A stretch of 64,000 bases of DNA from a virus (taxonomy: Duplodnaviria; Caudoviricetes), in IMG/VR virus record IMGVR_UViG_3300035208_004923, positions 352,001 through 416,000 of that record. One strand, written 5' to 3'. Positions 41,633 to 53,080 of the stretch are shown here, piece by piece (position 1 is the first letter of the stretch; each line of letters starts with the position of its first letter). The notes below the pieces were generated by a model that saw nothing but the letters and a program-made list of their open reading frames with translations, was not told the DNA's origin and did no database searches. The position numbers and the translations under genes were made by a program.

Positions 41633-42873
41633 CTTTTAAAATAATTAATTCATTAATATCATAATCACCTGCTGCTGTACTTATTATACATTTTTTTTCA
41701 ACAAAATCACCTGTGAATCGAATAAAAATAACTCTACCTTTATTTGTTACTGTAATGTCACGTACGATTAATACGTTATCTTTTAATCTTCGCACTTTTG
41801 TACAATACCATTCATCAGGAAAATAACTTTGTGGGAATGATCCTATGCCAAATTGTTTACTTGGTTTTTCTCTATGTCCTGTTGTATGTCTGAAAATTTC
41901 AATTATATCAAAACCAATTTCTCTGGTTGTTTCATTTGCTTTACGTTCATATATACTTACAGGACGTAAATGTGTAAAACCCAATTCTTTATTCAAATCA
42001 ATATCATACGCCTTCATTTTTCTAAAGAATATTTCTGATAGCGTTTCTTCTGATATGTCAAGCGAATCATTGTCGAATAACTTTATGCTATCAAGTATTG
42101 ATAGCATGCCTGATGCCATTTGATGACGTTCAGATTTCAAGTTGTTAATTTCTGCTTCAAACTCATCATAAATGGCATCAATTTTTGTCATGATGGCTTT
42201 TGGTTTTCCGTACGAATCTTTATCATTTCTGATAAGATCTTTTGCTTCTTCTCTATTCATTACAAAATTATTTTAATACTTTCATTAATTTCAATTGAAT
42301 AATTAGATGCAGCCCCAGCAATTTCTTCAAGTTTATCCATAGCACTTGCTATATTATCAGCAACAACTATAACTCTTTCATTCTTAGGACCTATTCTCCC
42401 TACATATCCATACATTTCAGTTTCAGGATTTGCAAGTTGTTTTTTCAAATTATTATCTATAATGCTATAAAGCTGTGTTGACATACTGTTGTCAGACAGC
42501 AAATCAGCAGATAATTTAAGCTGATTTAATGTTTCAGTATCGAATTTATACTTTCTCATTTTGTTAATTTATTTTTAAGATGCATGGTATTCATATAATC
42601 GCCAAAACTTTTATATGCTTTTTCGTATTCATATTCGTCTCCCCACTTCAATCTGTATTTTTGACTTTGTCCAGCGTTAAATGCTTTACGCATATCATCT
42701 AATGTATACGATTCCTTTTCTTCAAAAATAGGTTCTTCGTTATTATATTTTCTGATTGCTTCATCGCATTCTTTTTTGATAAATGGCACCAATTCTTTAA
42801 TAATAGCATCTTTATCATATGCACCAAAGTGATATGAATTTCTGTCGAATATTACATGTAATTTTGCCCACAT
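41625..42873 (-). CDS. Three hypothetical ORFs (41625..42260, 42260..42559, 42556..42873)
   Basis: ORF track. Confidence 0.65.
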
Positions 42874-42876
42874 ATC

Positions 42877-43257
42877 TTAAAGATTTTTTGATAACAAAAA
42901 TGATCTTACAACTGACCAATCAATATACGGTGCATGCGATAATTCTGGATTGTATAAAAGTGGAGCACCTAATGCACAATCATCAATATAGCATTGGCCA
43001 TATGCCTTAGGACTTGTTGTCCAAGTTTGTTCTGGGTTTCGATTAATTCCAAATAAAGGAATTTCATTTTCTTTGAACCAATCGACAGCATCAGTTAAAT
43101 ACGATCCTTCTTTATTGTCAGAACGCATTGTGAACAATATTAATCGGTGTCCTTTTGCAACTAATTCTTTCAATACTGGTACTGCACCAATATCTTTACC
43201 TACTCGTGGGAACTCATGTGTAGTACATGTACCATCGAAGTCAACGCATATATCCAT
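42877..43257 (-). CDS. Small HAD-superfamily hydrolase
   Basis: ICVDFDGT, LILFTMR, K...YIDD. Confidence 0.85.
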   Translation of the reverse strand: MDICVDFDGTCTTHEFPRVGKDIGAVPVLKELVAKGHRLILFTMRSDNKEGSYLTDAVDWFKENEIPLFGINRNPEQTWTTSPKAYGQCYIDDCALGAPLLYNPELSHAPYIDWSVVRSFLLSKNL

Positions 43258-43273
43258 TTTTATTCAATTTTAA

Positions 43274-44227
43274 TTATTTATATTTTTTACCTTTTCGCCA
43301 GCCATCTGGTATACTTTCACCGTTTTTAATTTTTGTAGCAATATGCAAATCATCATTACAAATCCATTCAGTATTTGCAGTAGTACTTATCAATTCGCCG
43401 GATATGTATCTAGGGTCGTCACGATTAACCCTCATTGATTTGCCATTTATATCTATTACATTAACCATTCCAGTATGCGGAACAATCAATTCACCAGATA
43501 CATATCGTGGATCGTTTGTAGATACTACCATAATAGTGCCATTTGAATCTTTAACAACTACATTTCCTTTATTGGTGCCAACAAGTTCGCCACTTATGTA
43601 TCGTTCGTCATCTGTATCTACTTGCAATGTATTGCCATCTGCATCTTTAACATTCACTTTATTTTTTGCAATTGAAATGTATTCACCGGATGTGTATTTA
43701 GGATCATTTTTTAGTATACTATATCGTTTGCCATTCTTATCTTTAACAACCGCCTTTCCATGTGTCAAACCCATGTAGTCGCCATTTTTGTATTCATCAG
43801 ATTCAATTGATATTCTAACGCATTTGCCTTCTATACCACGAACAACTTTATGTCCTTTATTACATCCAACAAGTTCACCTGATATGTATCTAGGATCATC
43901 AACACTAACTAACATGGTTTTTCCATGCGTATCTTTAACCGTTACCATGCCTAATGTGTGCCAACCTGAATCTGGAATATTATAATTCTCATTTAATTTG
44001 TTATGAATATTTTTACGTATTTCATTAGATTCACATTTTATTGCATCTTCTTTAGATATAAAATCATCTTTAATAATTTCTTTTATCAATTTTGTTTTAT
44101 CAGGTTTCCAAGTTTTCATTGAACCCATATAATTTATGTCTAATGATGGCATAACGTTACAACTTCTTGAACCTATATAGAATTGTCCTGTTTCTATATG
44201 TGTTACTTTGTATACGTAATGATACAT
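43274..44227 (-). CDS. GIY-YIG-like endonuclease with six 32-aa repeats
   Basis: YVYKVTHIETGQFYIGSR...YMGSMKTWK; DPRYISGEL repeats; C-terminal WICND...IPDGWRKG. Confidence 0.8.
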   Translation of the reverse strand: MYHYVYKVTHIETGQFYIGSRSCNVMPSLDINYMGSMKTWKPDKTKLIKEIIKDDFISKEDAIKCESNEIRKNIHNKLNENYNIPDSGWHTLGMVTVKDTHGKTMLVSVDDPRYISGELVGCNKGHKVVRGIEGKCVRISIESDEYKNGDYMGLTHGKAVVKDKNGKRYSILKNDPKYTSGEYISIAKNKVNVKDADGNTLQVDTDDERYISGELVGTNKGNVVVKDSNGTIMVVSTNDPRYVSGELIVPHTGMVNVIDINGKSMRVNRDDPRYISGELISTTANTEWICNDDLHIATKIKNGESIPDGWRKGKKYK

Positions 44228-44388
44228 TACTTTGCAATATTTTTTTCATGATATTCATTAATAAAATTGCGAAATAATACTGACGCGTTTATTCCACTTA
44301 ATTGAATTTCATCCAGTTTTTTTCTGTCATCTGCATTCAATTTCAAAATGAATGTAAAATCGATGTTTTGTTTTTGTAACTTTGGCAT
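44227..44388 (-). CDS. Small ribbon-helix-helix-like protein (53 aa, not in ORF track), TAATG-coupled to endonuclease
   Basis: MPKLQKQNIDFTFILKLNADDRKKLDEIQLSGINASVLFRNFINEYHEKNIAK. Confidence 0.65.
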   Translation of the reverse strand: MPKLQKQNIDFTFILKLNADDRKKLDEIQLSGINASVLFRNFINEYHEKNIAK

Positions 44389-44453
44389 TGTATAATTTAT
44401 TTTATATTTTATTATAAATTATATATCAAAGTTTTAAAAACATTTTTTCACAA

Positions 44454-44615
44454 TTATTTTCCTATATAAGGTTTAATTGTTATCTTCTTTACCAATCTTC
44501 CACTGCCTTCGCATTTTGAACAACTTACAGTTTCAGATTCATCAACAGAAACACGTACTGATGTATTTCCTGTTCCTTTGCATGCGTCGCAAATGATTAT
44601 TTCAATTGATTCCAT
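44454..44615 (-). CDS. Small CxxCxGxG zinc-finger protein (53 aa, not in ORF track)
   Basis: MESIEIIICDACKGTG...CSKCEGSG. Confidence 0.65.
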   Translation of the reverse strand: MESIEIIICDACKGTGNTSVRVSVDESETVSCSKCEGSGRLVKKITIKPYIGK

Positions 44616-46322
44616 ATTTTACATTTTAATTTGATACCTCTTCTTTCCCTTTCAGCTATAATATATGTATGCCATCTTTCATATAATTCGCTGTACGGAA
44701 TTCCACACCAAGTTGTTTCAGTCAATTCTTTTGATGAAATTCCTTCATTTATCATCTTATCGACGATTCTTTGCAATCTTAAACTTCTTTCCATTTATTT
44801 GCACCAAGTGCCATCTTTTTCTTGTACTGAAACCATATTGCAACCAAAGTGCTTACATGGATAACACTTGCCTCCGTGCGAATAATCCGGATTTTCATAA
44901 TTCCAATCGCACACGTGTGTCATCATGCCATACTTAAATTCGGACCACGATTTTCGAGTTGGACTTGTTGATAATGCCCAAAATGGAGCGGCCAATATCC
45001 ATCGTACTGTCCATTTCCAATCGCTTTTTCCTAATAAAACTTTTTCCATTATAATTTGTTTAACTGTTCGGTCAATTCATGTTCCATTGATTCATCATAC
45101 GGTAATTGATACCATTCGATTTCAAGTTTAACATCAGTATTTTTAATTGCTTCATCAAATGCTGCGGATAATGTTGTTCCTTTTGCAATTCGTGTAACTT
45201 CAATCATTTCATCATTTGCCTCTGCACCACTGCGTGAAGGTATAGTTCCAGTGCAACATGCAATTTCGCGATTTGCTAAACGTTGTGGATACGATTTGAA
45301 TATTCGTTTCCCGCCGGGTACTTTCCAATAAACGGTTTCTTTGTTTTTAAAGATTTTGTTTAAAATAATTTCAGGCGTTTTTATATCTTCAAACGTATTC
45401 ATTTTGATAACGAAATTGTTTTCTTCAAATGTAATATCTAATGGCTTACTATTGCAAACCCATAAATCCAATTTATCTGTGTCACTTCCGTATGATCCTG
45501 TATAATAATGCTGTTCAACTTTTCCGTTATACACATCTTTATATTCTCGTCCGCCTGCTCTTACGTCATCATTAAGGATTCTTAGCGCTTCATTCAAATC
45601 ACAACTTTCGCCGTAATATTTTGTTACGTCGTTATATTTCAACGTTGCAACTCTAAGGCCACTGCCGGAACGGAATGTGTGTAAACTATAGCCTTCCTTT
45701 ATTGCTGATTCAATGTGATTAAGTTTTTTCATTTGTCAATATTTAATGTTATGAGAAATACGTATCGGAAATATCTTCGTCTGCCAACTTTTTTAATTTG
45801 TTTGCAATATCGTATAAACCTTCAGGACCGTATTTGCAAAGCAATTCTTCAAAATTAATTTCTGAGTATTCGATTATTTCGTCACTTGTATCTTTAAGAC
45901 ACAACATGCTAGTATCAATTACTTGTCGTGGGTGTGGGCAACCAAATACATAAATTGGATGATACCCGCCGCAATGCGAACAATACTCACTTTTAGCCAT
46001 TATACTCATAATCTGTATTTTTTAATTTGTTACCGTACCAAACATTATCAGCTTTAGCAGCATCTTCATATTTTTGCAACAAAACTTCATCTTCTTCAGT
46101 TAAATCCTCAAGATGTGCAATTCCTGTTTGAATTATACTCCCATGCGGAGTTGCAAAAAAAATAATTGAATGCATTTCTTTGTCATTCATTATTCCTTTA
46201 GAACCCACAGAGCATTCTTCAACAATTCTCCCAACAACTTTTCCTATTTTACAAGGTAAGCCAATATAATATTTCGATAACATTACATTACCGACCAAAG
46301 CGTTTGCTAATTTTTCAATCAT
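44597..46322 (-). CDS. Five hypothetical ORFs (44597..44794, 44795..45049, 45049..45732, 45749..46009, 45993..46322)
   Basis: ORF track. Confidence 0.6.
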
Positions 46323-46339
46323 ACAATTTTATTTGTTTA

Positions 46340-46365
46340 TTATATACAGAACTGATTAAAAGTTT
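46340..46365 (-). promoter_or_regulatory. Class II promoter-like motif
   Basis: AAACT-TTTAATCAGTT-CTGTATATAA. Confidence 0.7.
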
Positions 46366-46624
46366 TACTATTTATCGAATTTAATTGAATTTGTGTATTT
46401 CTTTTTGCCAAGAAGTATACATCTAAATAGTATATCAAAATCAACGTGTTTTGCGGTTGCTGCAGCACCTCTGTTTTCGGCAATGCCTTCCTCGTCAAGC
46501 ATTTCATCAATATCTTTATCGTGCTGAATCAATTCCGCATCCGTCATTTTGTTATAAACGCCATATCTGTCTGTTCTGATGTCAGGCCGTTTTGATAATT
46601 CTAAAATTCCTAATGTGTATGTTT

Positions 46625-47320
46625 TCATATTATATTTTCAATGATTATACATAATTTTGCATATACAATTAAAATCCATCCAAATAGCGCATAGTTTAAT
46701 TTTGCAACTTCTATATGTCGAAGTTTATCTGATTCAATTTTTGCAAACCTATCAAATTCATCATTTCGATTAAATGGCAGTTTTACTTTTGAATGTATTT
46801 CAAGTTTGTTTCCTAAGATAACTAGTTCAAATCTGTCTAAACATTCGAGTCCTAATTGCATTATGTATGCATCGGCAGCTTCCTCAGAATCATCACCGTG
46901 TTTTGTTATTGCAAAATGGTGACCAAGTTCGTGCGCATATGTACAAACATTTGTATTTTTTGATTCATTAACTAACCGAATTTTTGGTGCTTTATGAATA
47001 ATACGATTAATTTCTGTATCGTAAGCAGGTTTTAGATGAACGTATGTGCCTGCAGCATATTTATCAGGTGTCCTATTTGGATTCATTTCCTCAATAGTAT
47101 CGTACATTTCAATATAAATGTTTTCGGAAATTCTAATTTTGTCGAGGTATGCCCAAAATTTTTCAATAATAGGCTGTTGAAATTCATCACTTAGCCAATT
47201 CATTTGGATTTGCAACACTTTTATAGATACACGAAGATCTAATGTTAGCATAACAAGTTTATCAACAAATACTAAAGTTGTAACAATCAGTAAAGTAATA
47301 AAAATTATGTTCGTTATCAT
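46625..47320 (-). CDS. Membrane-anchored zincin-like protein (HExxH)
   Basis: TYAHELGHH...SEEAADAY (ImmA/IrrE-like spacing); hydrophobic termini. Confidence 0.6.
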   Translation of the reverse strand: MITNIIFITLLIVTTLVFVDKLVMLTLDLRVSIKVLQIQMNWLSDEFQQPIIEKFWAYLDKIRISENIYIEMYDTIEEMNPNRTPDKYAAGTYVHLKPAYDTEINRIIHKAPKIRLVNESKNTNVCTYAHELGHHFAITKHGDDSEEAADAYIMQLGLECLDRFELVILGNKLEIHSKVKLPFNRNDEFDRFAKIESDKLRHIEVAKLNYALFGWILIVYAKLCIIIENII

Positions 47321-47501
47321 TTCTTATCGACTTTAATAATTTTGTTAATATCTTGACAAAATTCTGCGCATTGTTTGGTAAGTTTATCGTACAATTCGTT
47401 TTCCGCATCAGTATTTTCATCATACGTTATACGACGATTTTCCTTTAAAATGTGTAATCGGTTTTTGTACTTTTCTAATAATTCTTCCATGATTTCAATT
47501 T

Positions 47502-48032
47502 TTAATAAAAGTTTTTGTCAAAATTTGTAAGTAATCTTAATATGTATTCGCTATGCGCTTTATTCTTTTCGTTTGCATAACCGATTGACATATGTAAACC
47601 GAAAAATGGTCTTCCTAAACCAATTTCTGCACGGATTCCATGTATTGTTGTTCTTTCATCTTGTGGAATATTTAACCACCAGTGATTGCCGTCGGAACGA
47701 GGATCCAAATCTAATATAACTTCAATTTCAGTGTTATCGTATTTCTTTTTCAGCGAATCCCATATGAAATGAACATCTTCTTGATTTACAAGTGAACATC
47801 CTTTTTGAATATCAGCAACACTGTCATTTATAAATGATATATGCGCGCCTCTTAATGGTTTATTCAAAATAATGTCATAACGTTTTTCTAAAAACCAAGA
47901 ATAATATTCACAAACTTCACCTGGAATCATAATCAATGCAATCTTTTTCCAAGATGCTTGTGATTCGTGTTTATTTGTTTTGTTGTCTGGGTCGAAATGA
48001 ATTTTGCCCTTGTATGAAATAATGTTTGACAT
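47502..48032 (-). CDS. Putative 2H phosphoesterase
   Basis: Likely start MSNIISYKG at 48032; two HxS motifs (GAHISFI, GLHMSIG) about 85 aa apart. Confidence 0.6.
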   Translation of the reverse strand: MSNIISYKGKIHFDPDNKTNKHESQASWKKIALIMIPGEVCEYYSWFLEKRYDIILNKPLRGAHISFINDSVADIQKGCSLVNQEDVHFIWDSLKKKYDNTEIEVILDLDPRSDGNHWWLNIPQDERTTIHGIRAEIGLGRPFFGLHMSIGYANEKNKAHSEYILRLLTNFDKNFY

Positions 48033-48250
48033 TTTACAGTTTTGAGATTTCGTCTTTAATTTCTTGAGTTTCAACTGCTTCAATTGCAATTTTTTTAGCG
48101 GCTTCCCATGCTTGATTATTTGCGGTAGTACCTTCAATATCATCAATAGTTTCAAAAATGATATTATAAAACTTTGTTACCAAATGTTTTGCAATTTTTT
48201 CATTTATATTTTCCATGGCAGTGATTTTTATATTTGTTTATCAATTAATT

Positions 48251-48289
48251 AAAATCAAATATACAACATTAATGAAGCAATAGCAATGG
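48251..48289 (-). promoter_or_regulatory. Class I promoter repeat
   Basis: aaaatcaaatatacaacattaatgaagcaatagcaatgg. Confidence 0.8.
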
Positions 48290-48359
48290 TTTTAGTAAAT
48301 ATTTTCTATCATTTAGAAAAAAGTTGAAAGTTATATATAAAATAAAATAACATTATATT

Positions 48360-48647
48360 ATGATACATAAAATAATACAATGGGTTGGCAGCGTTGCATC
48401 AATAGTAATTCACACAATGATTTTTATTGGAGCATTTCTTTTCTGTTTCGCTGGCATAAAAATCGAAATGATACTTTTAGTTTTAACGACAATTGTTTCT
48501 TTGGAAGCAATTTACTTATCGTTATTCATACAAATGTCAGTCAATCTTCAGGCGAAAAAAGTCGAAGAAATTCAAAAAGATATTGATAACATACAGGAAG
48601 ATATTGAAGATATCCAACAGGAAGATGAATCGCTACAAAGTTCCTAG
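48360..48647 (+). CDS. DUF1003-like two-TM membrane protein with acidic coiled-coil tail
   Basis: WVGSVASIVIHT...LLVLTTIVSLEAIYLSLFIQMSVN...DIDNIQEDIEDIQ. Confidence 0.75.
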   Translation: MIHKIIQWVGSVASIVIHTMIFIGAFLFCFAGIKIEMILLVLTTIVSLEAIYLSLFIQMSVNLQAKKVEEIQKDIDNIQEDIEDIQQEDESLQSS

Positions 48648-49113
48648 TCTGTAACGCTTTTCGCATGAATTCATAAAATTATGTAAAGGACATTTTTCGC
48701 CTTTACATTTTGTGTAATGATATTTATGGCATTCATTATATATGAATTCTCTAACTGACTTCATGTCAGTTGAGAAAAATTTGATTTTTTCTTCTTCTGT
48801 AAGCATGTTATTCAAATTTATAAGACATTTCCGCAACGTTAAAAAATTCATGGTCAACAACCTCGCATAATTTATACAAGATTAGTTTTGCATTCGGATT
48901 CTTTGATTTTGCTTTCTTTATGTCTTTTGTTAATACTTTTGAGCATTTTGCAATTAATCGTTCTTCCCATTCACCGTATGAACAAACTATGCATAAACGT
49001 TTTATTCCTACGAATGATGTTGCAGATTCAATATGAATATTATCTAATTCAGTTGTTATTGCCGCAATTCGCATAGCAAACGGCAATGATGATTCTGTCG
49101 TATTCATGTTTTT

Positions 49114-50274
49114 TTATTTTTTTAATTCTTCAGTATCAATACTTTTATGGAAGTTATCGAAATTGAAGTATTTTTTATATACATCTAGAACTTTTTCTAA
49201 TGTAATGTCAGATATAATTGTTTCGACACGAGTTGATGGTTCATCAATGAACTTTTCAAAATTATCATATCTGTTTATTTCTTGTTTTTTGAATTTAATA
49301 ACATAACTTTTTTTCACGATGTCGAATCGTTCTTTTGTCATGTAAGTATCCGGATTCTTTAACACCATTTCAAGTGTTGTTTGAAATTCATCAATGTTCT
49401 TTGTTGACGATTCAGCATTAATAATAACTAATCCTTCAGTATATGTTAACTCTTGAAAAGAACAACCTATTGAATACACAAGTCCACGTTTTTCGCGAAT
49501 TTCTTTATATAAAGGTGAGTTCAATCCTCTTCCTAACATTGAACAAATAAAGTTAACGTAAGCAATATCTTCAGTAATCAAATCAGAAAAATTCATTATT
49601 GATGACTTACCTTTATATTCGTTACCTTCTTCTACTGGTGCATCATACGTACCTTTTACATATTTTGTTGATGGCACATTTGTTGACAAATCAACCTTTT
49701 GTGTAAATCTGTTATGTTTTGATATGTTTATAATTTGGTGAGGTTTTGCATATTGTTTTGCAACAAATTCTAACATCATTTCATATGTTAAATCTTCAAG
49801 ATCTTTTCTTAAACCGATTGCGCTGTAATTGTTATATGTCTTTCTCAATACATTTAAGAAATGAGCAGAACTTTGTCGATTAAATGAATCGCCATATTCT
49901 TCAAGAACAATTTTCTTTTCATTTTCAAATTCTTCTTTTGTTATTTTGAAATTTAAAAGGCATTTAAGAAATTCCGACTTATACTTATTTATGTATTCGT
50001 CAAGTCCTGTCATGTAAAAATATATGTACGTACCTGTTGTGTATGCATTCCAATCAATGCCATCAGCATCAAAAGTATCTTGTAAATGGTCAATTGCTTT
50101 ACAAACTAAATGTTCTGTTAAATGGCTGATACCATAAATTCCTGGTTTTTCGTTAAGAACTGAACCTCTATAAACAACACCGAAGTGTGACATATCAGTT
50201 AAACTTTCAGCGTTTGTTATTCCTGTGATTTCTTCAGGATTGAAATTTTCAAATAGTGGTATTCTTTGTTTCAT
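49114..50274 (-). CDS. M16 (insulinase) family zinc peptidase with RIP-like leader
   Basis: GISHLTEHL (HxxEH), NAYTT, EKKIVLEE, SPLYKEIREKRGLVYS; N-term MKQRIPLFENF. Confidence 0.9.
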   Translation of the reverse strand: MKQRIPLFENFNPEEITGITNAESLTDMSHFGVVYRGSVLNEKPGIYGISHLTEHLVCKAIDHLQDTFDADGIDWNAYTTGTYIYFYMTGLDEYINKYKSEFLKCLLNFKITKEEFENEKKIVLEEYGDSFNRQSSAHFLNVLRKTYNNYSAIGLRKDLEDLTYEMMLEFVAKQYAKPHQIINISKHNRFTQKVDLSTNVPSTKYVKGTYDAPVEEGNEYKGKSSIMNFSDLITEDIAYVNFICSMLGRGLNSPLYKEIREKRGLVYSIGCSFQELTYTEGLVIINAESSTKNIDEFQTTLEMVLKNPDTYMTKERFDIVKKSYVIKFKKQEINRYDNFEKFIDEPSTRVETIISDITLEKVLDVYKKYFNFDNFHKSIDTEELKK

Positions 50275-50288
50275 TTAATTTCTTTATT

Positions 50289-52098
50289 TTATATATTTAT
50301 GAATTCAGGGTTGTTCAAATCTTGTTGCCATATAAGCAATTGAATTGCTTTAACAGCTTCATCATACGTATTATACTTGTTCGGTATATGCTCAATATAA
50401 TGGCCATTCTGCACCCTTTTTGCATCTGTATGAAGCCATTCTTTTTTAGTTACAAATTTAAACTTACTCCAACTGAATGATCTGACTTCACAAAATTCTT
50501 GTACTGAAAAATAATAAGCACCAACGCAAAATGGATGCTTCGATTTCTCTATTCTAAAATCTTCCTTCGTTTTCATATTAAAGTTCTTGATTACAGTTTG
50601 AACAAATTAGAGGTTTCCCGGGACCTTGATGAATTGCAGGATATTCGCTACAATCGCATTCGTCAGTTTTAATTCCAATTTTATTTTTGGCTTGCTGAAT
50701 TGCAATTTCCTTTTCAGCATTTTCTTTTTTCCATTTTGCAATTTGGACTTTAAACATTCTGGAAATTGCAATTTCATTAAAATCGAAAAGACCTTGTGGC
50801 CAATTGTCAATTTTGCCAACTGGTGTTATTGGAATACGTTCACCATTAAATTCAATCGAATATCCTTCGGCACCAGATTCGGCAATTCTTGCACGTAAAT
50901 CATTAAATTCATATTCATTAGCCCAACCGATGAATATGCCAAGTGGCGAATAACATTTTACTCGTTGCACTTCAATTTTTACTAATTCTAACATTATATT
51001 TGTTTTAATATCTTTATTTTATTCGATACACAAAGTCCTGTTTCATCATAAAATATTTCAGATCCTGCAGGTATTAAACATTCAAATAATTCATAATTTG
51101 TTCGCCATATTTCACCAGCAGCTCTTTTGCGATTTGCAAATGAATGAAATCCTTTACCTAACGCAATAAGATCATATTCTTTCAAATTTCTTCTGATTGC
51201 GTTGTATGACGATGCATCCAACACATAAAATTCAGTTACTTTAGAATCATATGGAGCAGGCAATTCTGATTCAACAATATCAGTTTCATATAGTTGATTC
51301 AATTCATACCAAAAAGTTTGATGTATTGCGCACGGTGGAACGCCATCTTCAACTTTTAATACCTTGAATGTTCTTATATCGCGTGATAAAATTTCAGGTT
51401 CTTTTTGTCTTGTAATTAAACACATGTCATTATTTTTTAATTGTACTTTTAGTAACCTGTGTACATTCTATATAATTAATTGCGTAACCGCCATCGCCAT
51501 CATGTTTGATGCGTGTTGCTATAGCGTTTATTTCAACATTGTGATGCTCTTTGAAATACAGTTTTAAGATTTCATCTAAGTCAGCAGGTTTTATTGTAAA
51601 TTCAGTTTTCTTTGTTACATTAAGTTCCATATTGCAAATTTTAAAAGTCATCATCAGTAAAGTATTCTTCTTCATTAGGAAACATGAATCCTAATTCTGC
51701 GTCTGCATCGAACATATCAATATCTTCTTTGCATTTATCTAATCGTTTAGTCAATAAAGATAAACTATAATCAGTGTTATCATCAATTCCTCGTAATGCG
51801 TCAATTTCAGTTTCGATATCGGAAATAACTTCTTCAAGTTTATTATCGCTATCTATGTAATCATTATCCTCGATAAGATTTTCTACCGCAATTATGCGAT
51901 TTAAGATATCTCCTAACATAATTCAATTAATTTAGAATGTTTTACTGAATGCAGTTTTCGGGTTTCATTTTCTTTTATTAAATAGCCTGTTACGTTTGTA
52001 ATTGAATTGCTACCCATCTCCCACATTTTAATTTTATCAACAATTTCACCTACACATGTTATATCATTGTGTGAATACTTTACAATTTCGCCTATCAT
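50289..52098 (-). CDS. Six hypothetical ORFs (50289..50576, 50578..50994, 50994..51425, 51430..51675, 51641..51919, 51913..52098)
   Basis: ORF track. Confidence 0.6.
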
Positions 52099-52115
52099 AT
52101 ATTTTCAATTTTATT

Positions 52116-52142
52116 TTATATACACAAATGGCAATATAGTTT
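52116..52142 (-). promoter_or_regulatory. Class II promoter-like motif (12-nt spacer)
   Basis: AAACT-ATATTGCCATTT-GTGTATATAA. Confidence 0.65.
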
Positions 52143-52435
52143 CCTATATTGCCATAATATATAAGTTAGTTAATGTTAATGCGTATGTTCCATTATTGAT
52201 TGCTTTTGCACGTTCTAGCCATGATAATGCGTTATCAATAATATCCGGCAATTCATCTAATGAATAATCAATTTTGAATTTATCCATATCCGATGTACAC
52301 ATACCTATATAGTTATATTCCGCATCACACCAATTAAAAATCCATTGTGTCTCGTTCATACCAGCAAGCAAACGAAATCTATTTTTGCCTGATTCCTTTG
52401 CCATATCCAATAATAAATCTTTTGTCATCATAGTT

Positions 52436-53080
52436 TTAAATTTTTGTAAGCTTAAATCCTGTTTGTTTCTCAATATAATCTGATGATGAAGTAAACATTT
52501 TTTTGTCAAAATCATACAGTATATGAGATTTTGCCATAAGAAACGGATTATGCGTTATAACAATAACATCAGCGCCAAGTTTATATGTCAATTTATCAAT
52601 AAGATTTATAAAATTGCTCATATTTTTTATACTGTATCCGTTATCAACTTCGTCAAGTACTATTAACGTTTTACCACTAACAATTTCCTTTTGTAATTTC
52701 TCAAAGAAAATGAAAAATTGAATCATAGATGATTCGCCATGCGATTTGTCACGGGTTGCAAAACCGCCAGATGAAATATATTCTGATGCTGTATATGCAA
52801 CCTGAAAATCATTGCCATTGTCTTTTACATTATCGTAATAAAAGATTTTTTCGTACTTGTGTTCAATTTCAACGTTTTTTGAAATTTCCTCAAATCCTCT
52901 TTCGTGTAACGATGCCGATTTCAAATCATTTTTTTGCCCACGCAATGAATGGAATAATGAGCTTTTACCGCAACCATTTTCACCAGCAATGCAAATATAC
53001 TTTAACAGCCTCAAGTCTGAAAAATCATAAGTATCTCCAGCATTGAATTTTCTAAACGATTCTTTAATATGAATTTTCAT
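52436..53080 (-). CDS. Stand-alone ABC/AAA-type ATPase
   Basis: GENGCGKSS, SHGES, LIVLDEVD, ITHNP. Confidence 0.85.
   Translation of the reverse strand: MKIHIKESFRKFNAGDTYDFSDLRLLKYICIAGENGCGKSSLFHSLRGQKNDLKSASLHERGFEEISKNVEIEHKYEKIFYYDNVKDNGNDFQVAYTASEYISSGGFATRDKSHGESSMIQFFIFFEKLQKEIVSGKTLIVLDEVDNGYSIKNMSNFINLIDKLTYKLGADVIVITHNPFLMAKSHILYDFDKKMFTSSSDYIEKQTGFKLTKI

Noticed and set aside
48033-48155. N-terminal 41 aa of ORF 47502..48155
   Set aside because: Overlaps 48034..48216 in another frame; ATG at 48032 fits gene packing
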